Assembly: GCF_963921235.1 (NCBI RefSeq)
Contig: NC_086114.1
Location: 31,992,001 to 32,056,000, forward strand
DNA: 64,000 nt
From: Mobula hypostoma
Lineage: Eukaryota
Direction of reading: 5' to 3'
The notes beneath the pieces are model-generated. The model saw only the letters and a program-made list of their open reading frames with translations, made no database searches and had not been told where the DNA came from. The number at the start of each line of letters is the position of its first letter. The stretch's first letter is position 1. A program made the translations under genes and the position numbers. Positions 36,652 to 50,450 of the stretch are shown here, piece by piece.

Positions 36652-39568
36652 TAGATAAACTAATCCAGCAACAATATCCTTTTGATAGTCAATCTCCAAG
36701 TTATTAATGTCCCTAGGTTTCTCAAAAGCCAGTTCATTCACATGATAGTTGCACACAAGATAAGTAGTTAGTTACTGAGGGAATGTATGTGACTGTATAT
36801 ACAAGCATATCCTCTGAAGTGTCATGTTTTTGCTTGTTATTTCACTAGCATATCAAAGAGGAATTTCAAGAATAATATTTTCAGAAAATCAGCTAAAAGG
36901 GCAAGAAAATCATTTGGCAAAGACTTTCAAAAGGATTAGTTTCTGCACAATTAATGTCATGGAATTGCCATATGACAACTTTGCCCATTATTCTTTTGTG
37001 AAGAGATACTCTGGGAGGTTTCTAGGCCAGGTAGAGGTTAAATTACACAACGACCTGATAGAATGGTGGAAAACTATGGCACCAACTTTGAGGTATTAAC
37101 AGCTGAAATAATCAGGGTGGAGCCGGGAACTGAACTGCACTGCAGGGCAAGGTATCCATCAGACATGGCTGTGAATAGTTCCATAGGAACGTGAGAAGTT
37201 GTATAGCAGTAGGTTATTTGACCCCTTGAGTCTGATCTACCATTCAATAGGGTGGTGACCCTTTTCATTTTCTGCCCATTACCTACTCCCTGATCCCCTT
37301 ACTGATCAGCAATCTCTCTATCTCAGCTTTAAAAACAAGTACACTACCCCCTCCCTGCAGATCTCTGTGGCTAGGAATTCCAAAGACCACAACCCTCTGA
37401 GAGAAGAAATTCTTACTCATCTCAGTCTTAAATGGGTGCCCCTCATTCTGAGACTCTGTCCTTGCTTTGAACTCTCCCCTGAGAGGAAACATTCTCTTTT
37501 CATTCATCTTTGACGGACCTCACTATGAATCTTACAGTACATGTTTCAATAACATCACTCTCATTCTCCTAAGCCCCAACGAGTACAGTCTCAACCTGTG
37601 TAAGCTGTCCTCGCAATACAATTCTTTCAAACTCATCTTTGTGGACATTGTCACAACTGTCTTCAACAAAATAATATCTTTCTTTACTTAATGGGGTCAG
37701 AACTGTTCGCAGTACCCCAGATGTGGTCTTACTGGACAGGTTCAGTAAGACTAAACAATTTTTATCCTATAACACTCTTGAAGATCAGCCAGCATTCCGT
37801 TAGTCACCCTATTACCTGCCTCAGTTATAGAGACATATAGGACAGAATGGGGCCCTTCAGCCCACTATATCTATACTGACTCCCCGCCCCCCCCACCCCC
37901 ATCAATTCTAATCCCATTTGCCTGCATTAGGACCATATTCTTCTATTGAAATGTCTATTGGGAAGTGTCTGTTTAAGTGTCTACAAATGCCTCTTAAATA
38001 TAGTGATTGCACCTGCTTCAAATACCTCATCTGGCAGCATGTTCCTGAGATCAGACACTGTGCAAGTACTGAGTTAGCTTCTTGTGCTTTGTGAACAGGG
38101 ACTCCAAAATCCCTTCATGACGCGGCTTTCTGCAGCTTTTCACTACTTAAACGGGATTCGAGACTTCGATATCCCTTCCGGAATTAACAACTTCATATTT
38201 TCCCATTTTATTTCGTTCACTTCTTTGACAAACTTCGGGGTCACTTTGGCTGCTGTAGCTAGGACGTAGCTTTTGCTTCTCACTCCAAGAGTGATTTTGC
38301 AAATATATTTTTTCAATTCTGCAATTTTAGCCAAGTATGAAATAACTTTGCAATATAATTAAAATTTATTGATTTATTTTAATTAGAGATACAGCACTGT
38401 TACAGGTCCTTCCAACCCAACAAACCAATGCTACCCAGTTACATCCATGTGACCAATTAAACTGCTAACATGTATGTTTTTGGACTGTGGGAGGAAACCA
38501 GAGTAACCGGCGGAAACCCACATGGTCACATGTAGAAACTCCTTACGGACATCAGTGGGAAATGAACCCAGGTCATTGGCGCTGTAATGGCGTTGTACTG
38601 ACTGCTATGCTACTGTGCCAACCCTCAGAATCCCAAAGTAGCTGTAGAACTGAACTAAAAAAATACTGGAGTTACTCAGCAGATTTATCAGCATCGGTGG
38701 AGAAATAAAGCACAATATTGAGTTATACTGAAGTTAATCAGAGCAATGAAACCACACAAACATTTTGGTTAAGGTTTAAACAATTCTCTGCCTTGAGGAA
38801 ATTGATTCCTACATAAAAGAAGTAATTGTGTTGGAAAGGGTGCTGAGATCTGCAAAGCTCATATTCAGAAATAGGTTTATTATCACTGGTGTATGCCGTG
38901 AAATTTGTTGTCTGAGATGCATGTAAAATTTACTATAAGAAATATAAAGTAATAAATTAATGCAAATAGAGAGAAGAATAGTGAGAAAGTGTTCATAGGT
39001 TCACGAACTGTTTATAAATCTGATGATGGAGGGGAAGGAGCTGTTCCTAGAACGTTGAGCCTGTGCCATCAGGCTCCTGTACCTCCTCCCTAATGGTAGT
39101 AATGAAAAGTAGTTGGTAGAACTGGAAAATTGCAGCTATGGGGCAGGATGGATTTAGCAATGGAAGAGCGAAGGGTGAGGGAGACTGAACTATATTAAAT
39201 TCTGAGGACTAGATAGAGTTTTTATAAATTCACTTTTGAGTTTCACGTGTTGCTGGCAGGACCAGCTATGGAGAACACATTTCCTTTAGCAGAATATTCA
39301 TGATGCGGAGAGGGATTAGAGCAGTTTATCTAATACAGCTACTGCCTCACAACTCTAATGACCCAGATTCAGTCCTGACCTCCAGTGCCGACTCTGTATG
39401 TTCTGCATGTGTGCTGCCCTCTGGTGACCGAGTTCCCTCCCACATCCCAAAGGCATGAGACTTGTTAGGTCACCCGGACAGTGTAGACTGTGTCTTGTGT
39501 GCAGATGAGTGGTAGGCTATAGAAGGAGCTGAAAGGAAGGTGGGGGCAATCAATGTAGGATTCAGATA

Positions 39569-40237
39569 CACTCAGTGGCCACTTTATTAGGTACATCTGT
39601 ACACCTCTTGTTAATGCAAATACCTAATCAGCCAATCATGTGGCACCAACTCAATACATAAAATCTTGCAGATATAGTCAAGAGGTTCAGTTGCTGTTCA
39701 AACAAGACATCAGATTGGGGAAGATATTGTGATATAAGTGACTCTTGTTCATGGAATGATCATTGGTGCCAGATGAGTTGGTTTGAGTATTTCAGAAACA
39801 GCTGATCTCCTGGGATTTTCACTCACAACAGTCTCTAGAGTTTACAGAGAATGCTGCAGGAAATAAAACAAAAACATCCAGGGGGTGGCAGATGATTATG
39901 GATTTCAGGAAGTTGCAGGTCAACCAATCTCCATTGCACGTCAATGGCTCTGCCGTGGAGACAGTGAAGGGCGTAAAGTTCTAATGGACGAGGTTCTGGG
40001 GAAAGTTTTGTGGGTGCACCAAGGTCCTGAGGAATGTTTTTCCCTTTGATTGTACAGTCAGATGACAATAAACTTGAACATAAAGTTTGACAGTAGCTCA
40101 AAAAACCACACATTACAACCCTGGCATGCAAAAGATCATTTCTGAATGCACCACACATCAGACCTTAAAATAGATGGGCAACAGCAGAAGATCACACTGG
40201 GTTCCACTCCTGCATCTAGTAAAGACACTACTGAATA
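39569..40237 (+). mobile_element. Non-autonomous Tc1 element with a Rex fragment inserted (~39890-40085)
   Basis: TA|CACTCAGTGGCCACTTTATTAG left TIR, decayed right TIR ...CTGAATA|TA, and paired-like remnant GMIIGA...LSISETADLLGFSLTTVSRVYRE. Confidence 0.8.
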
Positions 40238-42364
40238 TACCTGATGGTTGACAAACAAGAGAAAAACTTCAGATGCTGGAAATCTAAGCAACACATAAAA
40301 TGCTGGAGGAACTCAGCAGGCCAGGGGGCATCTATGGAAAAGAGTACAGTCGACGTTTCAGGCCGACTTGCTCCTTGGCCTGCTGAGTTCCTCCAGCATT
40401 TTGTATGTATTACTTCATGGTTGATTTAGAATCAGTGGGTTGAAGGGCCTGTTTCTCTGCTGTTTGACTATTTGGAAAGTTAGAGGAAGGATTTTTTTAC
40501 CTAATGGGTTTTAAGGAACTAAATCTCATAGCCTTAAAGCCCGTACCATATTTAGAAGTTTACTCGAAGAATCCTTTCTTACAGTGTTACAGGCTCAATA
40601 CTGGAAGCTGAGATAAGCTGGGAGCTTTTACTTGACTAGCACTGACACGAAGGGCTGTGTCATAATTTTTTTTGTTTAATAATTATGGGGAGGAAAGGGT
40701 TTACCTTGCTATTGCAGTTTTGAGATCTCCAGCAGTGGGATCTCTGCTTGCGCTGCCCTGACCCAGGCCCATAATCTAGGCCGGATGTCCAGGCAGATGG
40801 GACCCCCAGCAAGAGTTTCTCTTCTCCAGCAACCTGCACTTTTTGTAGCACCCCCAGGCACTTCCCAAGAGCAAGATCAAACAAAACTGAAGGAGATAAA
40901 AAGACAAGTGGCCACATACCGAGGGAACTGGGAACATCTGGAGGTGTTGCTATGTAAAAGTAAGTTGTTAAAAAAGGATGCCCTGATTGCACTACGTTCC
41001 TCAAACAAAGTGCAACTATTAGTAACACAGGAAAAGGCAGATTATTCACTTCCTCAGGCATATTCTCTATATAATCAGACAGTGATTTGTATCTACACTC
41101 TATCTACCCACCCCTTGGGTTCATTAACCCTTAATATCTGTGCTTGACAAGGATCTCTCAATCTCAAGTATAACCCATGTCCTAAAAGGTATCTGGCAGT
41201 GTCTGGGAGCAGCAGCAGAGGGTGCATTGGGTGAAGCAGGGTTACATGGGTGAATGGCAGGCAGAATTTCTCAGCACCTTTCACTGTTTTGAATCTGTAA
41301 GGCATGCAGTACAATTCACCTGTACAGATGGATTGATTCACAAACGCTAACAGAGAGACCTAAAGAAAACTGCTGGGAGCTTCAATATTTACTCATTGAT
41401 TAATAAAACCAATCAATCTTCCCCTCTGCCATCCGATTACTAAATGGACATTGAATCCATGAACACTACCTCACTATTTTTTCTGATTTTGCATTATTTT
41501 TAATTTAACTATTTAATAGATATATATTCAATATATATTGATTTAATTGATTTATTCTGTAACTGGTTTATTTTTGTCCTGATTCTGATTCTGAAATGTT
41601 GAAAAGGCAGTGTTCTCATCGTTCCCAGGTTTTATTCCTCCTTCAGATCTATTTGTGAAATTGAACTTATACAACTTGCCAGTTATCCATATTCTGCTTT
41701 GTTTCATATGTTGCATTTTAGGACATCAAATTTATCATGGGATCCTTTTCAAAGACATGTCCCAAAGGAAGGAAGATAACATCTTGCATTATTTACTGTA
41801 GCAGAAACATTAGCAACACAATGTTCCATGGGTATATTCAATGTTTCTATATTGGTAGGATTACTGTAATTAAAATAAATTTAAAGTATAATAAAAATCA
41901 ATTCTCCAAATGATACATAAAGCTTAAAATCATTTTGAGCAAGAATATAGATTTTAATGTGTGAAATGATCATGAAAATATAATCTGGAGTGATTCTCAA
42001 TTTGGTTCCATTGATTTGGTTTCCAGAGGACCTCATACAATCTCCAATGAGATGATGAATGGTGTAAATGTGTAGCTAGTAGCTAACCACTATATTCAGT
42101 CATCAAACCCAAGTTCACTGTTAATCAACACCACGTAATTAACTTTCTATAAACAGACACTTAAAACTGTCAATTTAAAAATAAGTGTGAATTGTTATGT
42201 GATATTTTAAGCATTTGTGGATATTACCTATTTACTATAACGTAGTTCCTCTTAGTGATTTTATACAAAAGAAGTTAAGGGTTGAAATAATACACTAGCT
42301 TGTTTCCTTAGACCTGCTGCTTTGTAAACTCTCCACACTTCTTCCTTTTCTACATCATCACGTA

Positions 42365-42817
42365 CTCGCAGCGGCCACTTTATTAGATATACCTGTACAC
42401 CTACTTGTTAATGCAGATATGTATTCAGCCAATCATGTGGCAGAAACGCATGCATAAAAGCATGTAGACATGATCAAGAGACTTAGTTGCTGTTCAGACT
42501 AAACATCAAAATGGGGAAGAAATGCTAGCTAAGTGACTTTTATTGTGGAATGGTTGTTGGTGGCAGATGGGGTGGTTTGAGTATCTCAGAAACCTCTGAT
42601 CTCCTGAGATTTTCACACACAACAGTTAATGAGAGAGGTCAGAAGAGAGTGGCCAGTTTGGTTCAAGCTGCCAAGAAGGTGACAGTAACTCAAATAGCCA
42701 CACATTGCAATGGTGGTGTGCGGAAGGACTTCTCTGAATGCACAAGACATCAAACCTTGAAGTGGATGGGCTACAGCAGCAGAAAACAATAAAAATATGC
42801 CCAGTGGTCACTGAGTG
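42365..42817 (+). mobile_element. Second non-autonomous Tc1 copy
   Basis: TA|CTCGCAGCGGCCACTTTATTAG ... GTGGTCACTGAGTG|TA. ORF 42550 MVVGGRWGGLSISETSDLL...TLKWMGYSSRK. Confidence 0.85.
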
Positions 42818-44063
42818 TATTTTAACTTGCCTTTCTCTACATTTCCTTTCGTTATTCCACTCCCAAGGCAAAATCCTCCTTCATTTATTGCGTTACCTTA
42901 GAAAATCTCATTGTAAACCTCAGACATTGACATCTCTTCTTGTTGGCAAAACAGTTCTTATAATCTATTTAGTCTGTCTGGTCCTTAAGTTTTCATGTTT
43001 TTATTCTGGCTTGCATTTAATCATCGCTTTAGAAAACATGTTGAGACATAAAAGGGGTTGGAAGCTTCACCAAAGTACAAGTAATTGACTTTTGAGGTAC
43101 CATTAATTCTGGTATGTAAATGAGTCACTCCGGTAGATGTTTATGCCCTGCAGACATTTGTGTATGGCTTATACATTATTGTGGCCACAGGCTTATTGTA
43201 CATAGAATGCTGTGGACAGGATGTTCAATCACAAAAGGAAATGATCAAATTCTATGAATGTTATGATTTGAAATAGTACAACCAATTTCTTCATTTTTTC
43301 AGAAAAGTAAGCACAATATATGTTATAATAACCAACAGGATCACAACCTAACAATTATAACTTGGGTCAACATAAACCACATTGTATACACTTTAACTTT
43401 TCTGTTGCTTCATTGACCTGCTTGTGTTTGTGCCTCTTTTATCTTCCACCAGACCTCAAGAAAAATAGGCTCCTCTCAGCCCCTCAAGTTGCCCAACCAT
43501 TACAACAGATCAATGCTGGCCTTAACTTCACTTCTGTGCCAGTTTTCCACAATGACCAGTCCCTTGATCTTTCAAGTATGTATCTATCTCCACAGTAAAT
43601 ATTTCTGATGATCAGGCCTCCATCATCCTCTGGAGCAGAGGAATTCCACAGATTCACCACGCTCTGAGAGAAGAAATTCCTATGCACATCATTTTTAAAT
43701 GACTGACCCGTCATCTTGTAACTAAGTCTCCTCTTTTGTGACTCTCCCATTAGTGTAAGCATCTCAACATCTGTCCTGTCAAGCCTCCTTGATATATTAT
43801 AGATCTGAATAAGGTCACCCATCATTATTCTGAACTAAAAGGAATGCAAACCCGAACTGTCTAGCCAGGCTGCCTGCAGGAGGACGAATTTCAGAGATGT
43901 ATACTGTATAAATGCTTTGGTAATAAATGTGCTTTGAATCTTTAAATCTTTGAATCTCTCCATATGCCATGGATTCAGTATCTTTGGCCATTATTAGAGG
44001 TGTGTCCCAAATCCAAATACCTGTGAGAATCTCTTGCTACCTGGGGAAAATATTTCATCATAT

Positions 44064-44077
44064 GTCGCCATGGTAAC
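44064..44077. promoter_or_regulatory. RFX X-box-like palindrome GTCGCCATGGTAAC
   Basis: Matches the RFX consensus GTNRCCATRGYAAC and lies in TE-poor sequence. Function not shown. Confidence 0.35.
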
Positions 44078-44799
44078 AAGCAGACCAACATTTTGTTAAT
44101 TCCCGCTGGAATTATCCTGTCCCCTATCTGGTTCACTCTTCCATTAAGGCACCACGATGACAGAACTCAATTTAATCGGAACTATCAAGTGAATTTATTT
44201 CTCAAAAGAGGATCATGTTGCTCTTCCTGCATTTTTGCATAGGTAAATAAGCATCAAATATATAGTGTGCGTATATTAGCATTAAAGTCCTTCCACCCAT
44301 TTCTGAAGTGGAAAATCACAGCGCAGTAAAACATTGCCATAGGAATGTAAACTGTTTTATTCGGAGATGCCTCTCAAATACCACAATCTTCCCTTCTTCC
44401 CAGTTCTGAATTCTCCCTCCTCAGTCAGTTTGATTGCTAAGGTTGCTTTGTTCTAAAGGCGTGAAGCTTTCCCATGGGAAAATTGTTTCTTGCAGCCTTT
44501 ATGAAAAGCTGCTGATTTGATTTAGAGTGCAAGACACAATTGTTAGGGAGCCTGTTTATCCAGTAATGTTAACACTACTGTGATAAAACTATCAGATAAA
44601 TGACACAGGCAATATGAAAGTTGCAAAATTTTGAATAATGTTCTGAACTGCTTTTAAATATTTGGAGCTAACCACTTAAAAGGATCCTTCAATCCTGCCC
44701 TGCAACCAGTCATATCATCATTTTAAAATGTGTGACAATGCAGAAATCTTCAACCAAAGTACTGAGAGTCACCATCTAAAAAACCACAGACTCACATAG

Positions 44800-45950
44800 T
44801 GACCTTGCTTGTTCCTCCTCTCACAATGCTGCCTTTCACTCAATTTCTCTCTCTCTGCCACATGTGTTCTCAGGATGAGAATGAGAGCGTCTGAGATGTT
44901 GTCCTTCTGAAAGGATGGCTTCCCCTCTGCCACAGCTGATGGAGCCCTCACTCACATCTCTTCTGTGACCCGCAAGTCTGCTGTCCCCCAGAACAACAAC
45001 AGAGGTCCCAGGGACATAATCTTTCACCCATCAGCTTTGGCATTGCTTATCCCTCACCATTTCTGCCAACTCCAACCTGAGCTCATCACCAGTCACGTCA
45101 TTCCCTCTCCCTTCCTTTTCTGCCTTCTGCTGGGGTTCCTTCATCCCTTGCCCATTCATCCCTCCCCACACATCTGTTCCCATTTCCTGGAGTTTATCCC
45201 TGTAATCAGGAGAGGTGCAATACTTGTCCTTTTATCTCCTCCCTTACCACTAACAAGGGACCTAAGCTGCCCTTCCAGGTGAGCCAGAGGTCTCTATACA
45301 CCGCCACCCTGCAAAAACTCATTTCAGGAAGGTAGCACCATCAATTTGCGGGACACTCCCAGAACCTCCGGGAGAGGTGGGATGTCTGCAATAGAGTAGC
45401 TCCTTAGCAGCTAGCCAGCTAGTTTAAATAATGTTAGCTATACTAATGAATGAATGACACCTGTTAAACTCACCTCAACATGCCCTTTACAGTCTTAACC
45501 CACTATGGGCAATAGAAAAGTCACTGTTGCAAACAGTGCAGTGAGCAACACTGTCATTATTTTTGACCCCTATTAGGCAGGGGTACACTTTAGTGTAGTC
45601 TGGGGTGAAGTACGTTTTATATTTTCTTTTTTTGGAACACTCTGCCATGGCTTTCTCTTGCTCTCTCTCGCGCTTGCGCTGTCTCTCACTCTCTCTCTCG
45701 CACTCTCTCTTGCTGTCTCTCTCTTGCTCGCTCTCAAAAAAATCAATTTCCGGGATATTGTATACAATTTGCGGGCTATCAATATGCGGGAGACTCCCGG
45801 AACTTCCGGGAGAGGTGGGATGTCTGCACCTCTGTCAACCTGGTCTTCTGCATTCTGAACTGATGATGTGCCCTGCTCTCTATTGATGAAGCCAAGCACT
45901 GACAAGAGACCATTCTGTGAGGCACGTTTCCCTCTCAAACTTCTAGTAGC
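44800..45950 (+). mobile_element. Decayed Penelope-like element (GIY-YIG region) interrupted by a ~530-bp insertion
   Basis: GGACCTAAGCTGCCCTTCCAGGTGAGCCAGAGG (GPK..FQV.QR) resumes after 45828 as CCTCTGTCAACCTGGTCTTCTGCATT (S.NLVFCI). Confidence 0.65.
45295..45828. mobile_element. Non-autonomous DNA-transposon-like insertion with a duplicated ~48-bp terminal module
   Basis: CAATTTGCGGGACACTCCCAGAACCTCCGGGAGAGGTGGGATGTCTGCA (~45342-45389) recurs at ~45780-45828. The second copy contains the hairpin CTCCCGGAA-C-TTCCGGGAG. Confidence 0.6.
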
Positions 45951-45961
45951 TTGTCATTTTT

Positions 45962-47430
45962 AAGTTCAAGGTTCAAAGTAATTTTTTTTATGGAAGTACA
46001 TATGTCACCATGTGAAACTTTGAGATTCATTTTCTTGCCAGTAGATGCAGTAAATCCCGGAAGCACAAGAGAATCAATGAAAGACTGCATCCAACAGGAT
46101 GTGCAAACAACCTGAGTGCAGAAGACAACAAACTGTGCAAATACAAAAGAAAAAAAAAACAAACAAGCAATAAATATTGAGAACATAAGATAAAGAGTCC
46201 TTGAAACTGAGTATATTATTGTGGGAACAGTTTAGTGATGGGGCAAGTGAATTTATCCCTTGTAGTTCAAAAGCCTGATGGTTGAGGGGTGTAACTGTTC
46301 CTGAACCAGGTGGCGTGAGTCTGGAGGCTCCTGTGCCTCCTTTTTGATGGCAGCAGTGAGAGAGAGCATGGCAATGGTGCTCTGTATAGATGTGCTCGAT
46401 GGTGGGGAGGATTTTCCATTCAAGGGTATTGGTATTTTCATGCCAGGGCGAGATACAACCAGTCAATATTCTCTCCACCACCTATCTATGGAGTTTGTCA
46501 ACGTTTAGATGTCACGCCGATTCTTTGCAACTTCTATGAAAGTAGTGGTGTTGCCTTGCTTTCTTTGCAATGGCATTTATGTGCCAGACCCAGGACAGAT
46601 CCTCTGAAATGATGGCACCAAGTAATGTAAAGTTGCTGACCGTCTTCACCTCTGGTCCCCAATGAGACCTGGCTTGTGGACCTCCAGTTTCCTCCTCCTG
46701 AAATCAATGATCAGCTCCTTGGTCTTGCTGACATTGAGTGAGAGGTTGTTGTTGTGGCACTACTCGGCTAGATTTTCAGTCTCCCTCCTGTATGCTGATT
46801 TGTCACTACTTTTGATTCGGCCAGTGACAGTAGTGCCATCAGCAAACGTAACTATAGCATTGGAGTTGTGCTTAACCTCACAGGCATAAGTGTAAAGTGA
46901 GTAGAACAGGGGGCTAAGCACAGAGTATCGTGGTGCATCTGTGCTGACGGTGATTGTGAAGGAGATGTTTTTGCCAATCCAAACTGAGTGGGGTCTGCAA
47001 GTGAGGAAATTGAGGATCCAACTGAACAAGGAGGTATTGAGGCCATAGCCTTGAAGCTTATTGATTAGTAGTTTTGAGGAGATGATAGTATTGAATGCTG
47101 GGCTGCAGTCGATAAAGAGCATCCTGATGTGTGCATCTTCACTGACCAGATATTCCAGGGTTGAGTGAAGAGCTAATGATGTAACTTCTGCTGTGGGCCA
47201 GTTAGAGTGGATCTAAGTCACTTCTCAGGCAGGAATTGATATGTTTCATCATCAACCTCTTAAAGTATTTCATTATAGTGGATGTAAGTGCTTCTGGACA
47301 ATAATCATTGATGCAGGTTACAGGTTCTTCTTAGGTAACAGTACAATTGATGTCTGCTTGAAGCAGGTGGGTACCTCAGACAGCTGAAATAAGGGGTTAA
47401 AGATACTAGTAAATATTCCAAGCACTTGAC
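45962..47430 (-). mobile_element. Rex1/Babar-type LINE, decayed RT and 3' end
   Basis: LFIDCSPAFNTI, WILNFLT, VLSPLFYSLYT, FADGTTV (degenerate FADD), ILTGCI..W. Tail CTTTGAACCTTGAAC on the minus strand. Confidence 0.88.
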
Positions 47431-48520
47431 CAGCCCTTTCCACTCCCACACTGACTTGTCCTCCCTCAGCCTTCTCCGTTGCTATGGTGATGATAAGAGC
47501 AATTTGCTGTTGGTTTTGGTATTATTGTATTGCTGCCACTTGTAGCAAGATACAGTGAAAATCTTATCTTGCGTACTGTTCATATAGATGAAAACACTAC
47601 ACAGCGCATTGAGCTGGAATAAGGTAAAACAATAATAATGTAGAATAAAGTGTAAAAGCTACCGGTGCAGTGCAAGGTAGGCTGTGAGGCCAAATGCAGT
47701 CTTACCGTACAAGCGGTCCATTCAGAATTCTGATGGCACTGGGGTACAAGTTGTCTCTGAGCCCGGTGGTACATGCTAAAGGCTTTTGTAACTTCTGCCT
47801 GATGGGAGAGGGGGAAGAGAGAATGTCCGGGGTGGTTTACGATTATGCTGGCTGCTTTAATGAGGCAGCCGGACGTATAGACAGATTCCATGGAGGGGAG
47901 GCTGGTTTCTGTGATGCGCTGAGCTGTGTCTATAACTCTGCAGTTTCTTGCAGTCACGTGCAGAACAGTTGCCGTACCAAGCTGCTATGCATCCGGATTG
48001 AATGTTTTCTATTGTGCAACGATAAAAATTGATAAAGAGTCAAAAGGGAAATGCTGAATATCTTGAGTTGGAAGATCATTTCAAATTTTGCATTACAGCC
48101 CAATGCTATGAACATTGAATTTTCCAATCTGATGTCCCCACACTCCAAGTGCATTCCCCCCCACAGACCCTCATCTGTCCACCTCACTTTCCCTACTTAG
48201 TTCACTTTTCCCATTCACTCTCCTCAACTGATTACATCTGCTGACATCCCTTCCACTTCTGATTCTGTGCATCACATTCCACACTCTGTCCCACCTACCA
48301 GCCGTTTCCCCGCCAACTCCCTGCACCTTCATGGTGCTGTATACAGGCAATCTTTTCTGTTCCCTCTCAATCCTGAGTCAGGGTCTCAGCCTGAAATGTC
48401 ACTTCACACCTTCTGCCACTACAAATGCTTCTTGACACATTGAGTTTACCAGTATTCTGTAAAATTGCTGGTTGGCATGACGAGTATTACTGGCATGAAA
48501 TGGCTCTCCAGAGAACAACA

Positions 48521-50450
48521 CATAGACCATAGAATAGTACAGCACAGTACAGGCCCTTTGACCCACAATGTTGTGCTGACCCTCAAATCCTGCCTCCCAT
48601 ATAAGCCCCCACCTTAAATTCCTCCATATACCTGTCTAGTAGTCTCTTAAACTTCACTAGTGTACCTGCCTCCACCACTGACACAGGCAGTGCATTCCAC
48701 ACACCAACCACTCTCTGAGTGAAAAACCTTCCTCTAATATCCCCCTTGAACTTCCCACCCTTACCTTAAAGCCATGTCCTCTTGTATTGAGCAGTGGTGC
48801 CCTGGGGAAGAGGCGCTGGCTATCCACTCTATCTATTTCTCTTATCATCTTGTACACCTCTATCATGTCTCCTCTCATCCTCTTTCTCTCCAAAGAGTAA
48901 AGCCTTAGCTCCCTTAATCTCTGATCATAATGCATACTTTCTAAACCAGGCAGCATCCTGGTAAATCTCCTCTGTACCCTTTCCAATGCTTCCACATCCT
49001 TCCTATAGTGAGGCGACCAGAACTGGACACAGTACTCCAAGTGTGGCCTAACCAGAGTTTTATAGAGCTGCATCATTACATCGCGACTCTTAAACTCTAT
49101 CCCTCAACTTATGAAAGCTAACACCCCATAAGCTTTCTTAACTACCCTATCCACCTGTGAGGCAACTTTCAGGGATCTGTGGACATGTACCCCCAGATCC
49201 CTCTGCTCCTCCACACTACCAAGTATCCTGCCATTTACTTTGTATTCTGCCTTGGAGTCTGTCCTTCCAAAGTGTACCACCTCACACTTCTCCGGGTTGA
49301 ACTCCATTTGCCACTTCTCAGCCCTCTGCTGCATCTTATCAATGTCTCTCTGCAATCTTTGACAATCCTCTACACTATCTACACCACCACCAACCTTTGT
49401 GTCGTTTGCAAACTTGCCAACCCACCCTTCTACCCCCACATCCAGGTCGTTAATAAAAATCACGAAAAGTAGAGGTCCCAGAACAGATCCTTGTGGGACA
49501 CCACTAGTCACAATCCTCCAATCTGCATGTACCTCCTCCACCACAACCCTCTGCCTTCTGTAGGCAAGCCAATTCTGAATCCACCTGGCCAAACTTCCCT
49601 GGATCCCATGCCTTCTGACTTTCTGAATAAGTCTACCGTGTGGAACCTTGTCAAATGCCTTACTAAAATCCATATAGATCACATCCACTGCACTACCCTC
49701 ATCTATATGCCTGGTCACCTCCTCAAAGAACTCTATCAGGCTTGTTAAACACAATCTGCCCTTCACAAAGCCATGCTGACTGTTCCTGATCAGACCATGA
49801 TTCTCTAACTGCCCAGAGATCCCATCTCTAAGAATCTTTTCCAACAGCTTTCCCACCACAGACGTAAGGCTCACTGGTCTATAATTACCCGGACTATCCC
49901 TACTATCTTTTTTGAACAAGGGGACAACATTCACCTCCCTCCAATCCTCCGGTACCATTCCCGTGGACAACGAGGACATAAAGATCCTGGCCAGAGGCTC
50001 AGCAATCTCTTCTCTTGCCTCGTGGAGCAGCCTGGGGAATATTCCATCAGGCCCTGGGGACTTATCTGTTCTAATGTATTTTAACAACTCCAACACCTCC
50101 TCTGCCTTAATATCAACATGCTCCAGAATATCAACCTCACTCATATTGTCCTCACCGTCATCAAGTTCCCTCTCATTGGTGAATACCGAAGAGAAGTATT
50201 CATTGAGGACCTTGCTCACTTCCACAGCCTCCAGGCACATCTTCCCACCTTTATCTCTAATCAGTCCTACCTTCACTCCTGTCATCCTTTTTTTCTTCAC
50301 ATAATTGAAGAATGCCTTGGGGTTTTCCTTTACCCTACTCGCCAAGGCCTTCTCATGCCCTCTTCTTGCTCTTCTCAGCCCCTTCTTAAGCTCCTTTCTT
50401 GTTTCCCTATATTCCTCAATAGACCCGTCTGATCCTTGCTTCCTAAACCT
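48521..50450 (-). mobile_element. CR1 LINE, 5'-truncated, RT inactivated
   Basis: ORFs 49104-50468 and 48657-49076 are in frame across a TGA (probable CGA>TGA). Catalytic FADD is mutated to FAND, and there is a late frameshift near 48760. Tail CATAGACCATAGA; possible TSD CAGAGAA (48509-48515 / 50452-50458). Confidence 0.95.

Noticed and set aside
40660-41147. Overlapping 120-133-aa ORFs
   Set aside because: No recognisable domain or convincing splice context; lengths are compatible with chance.
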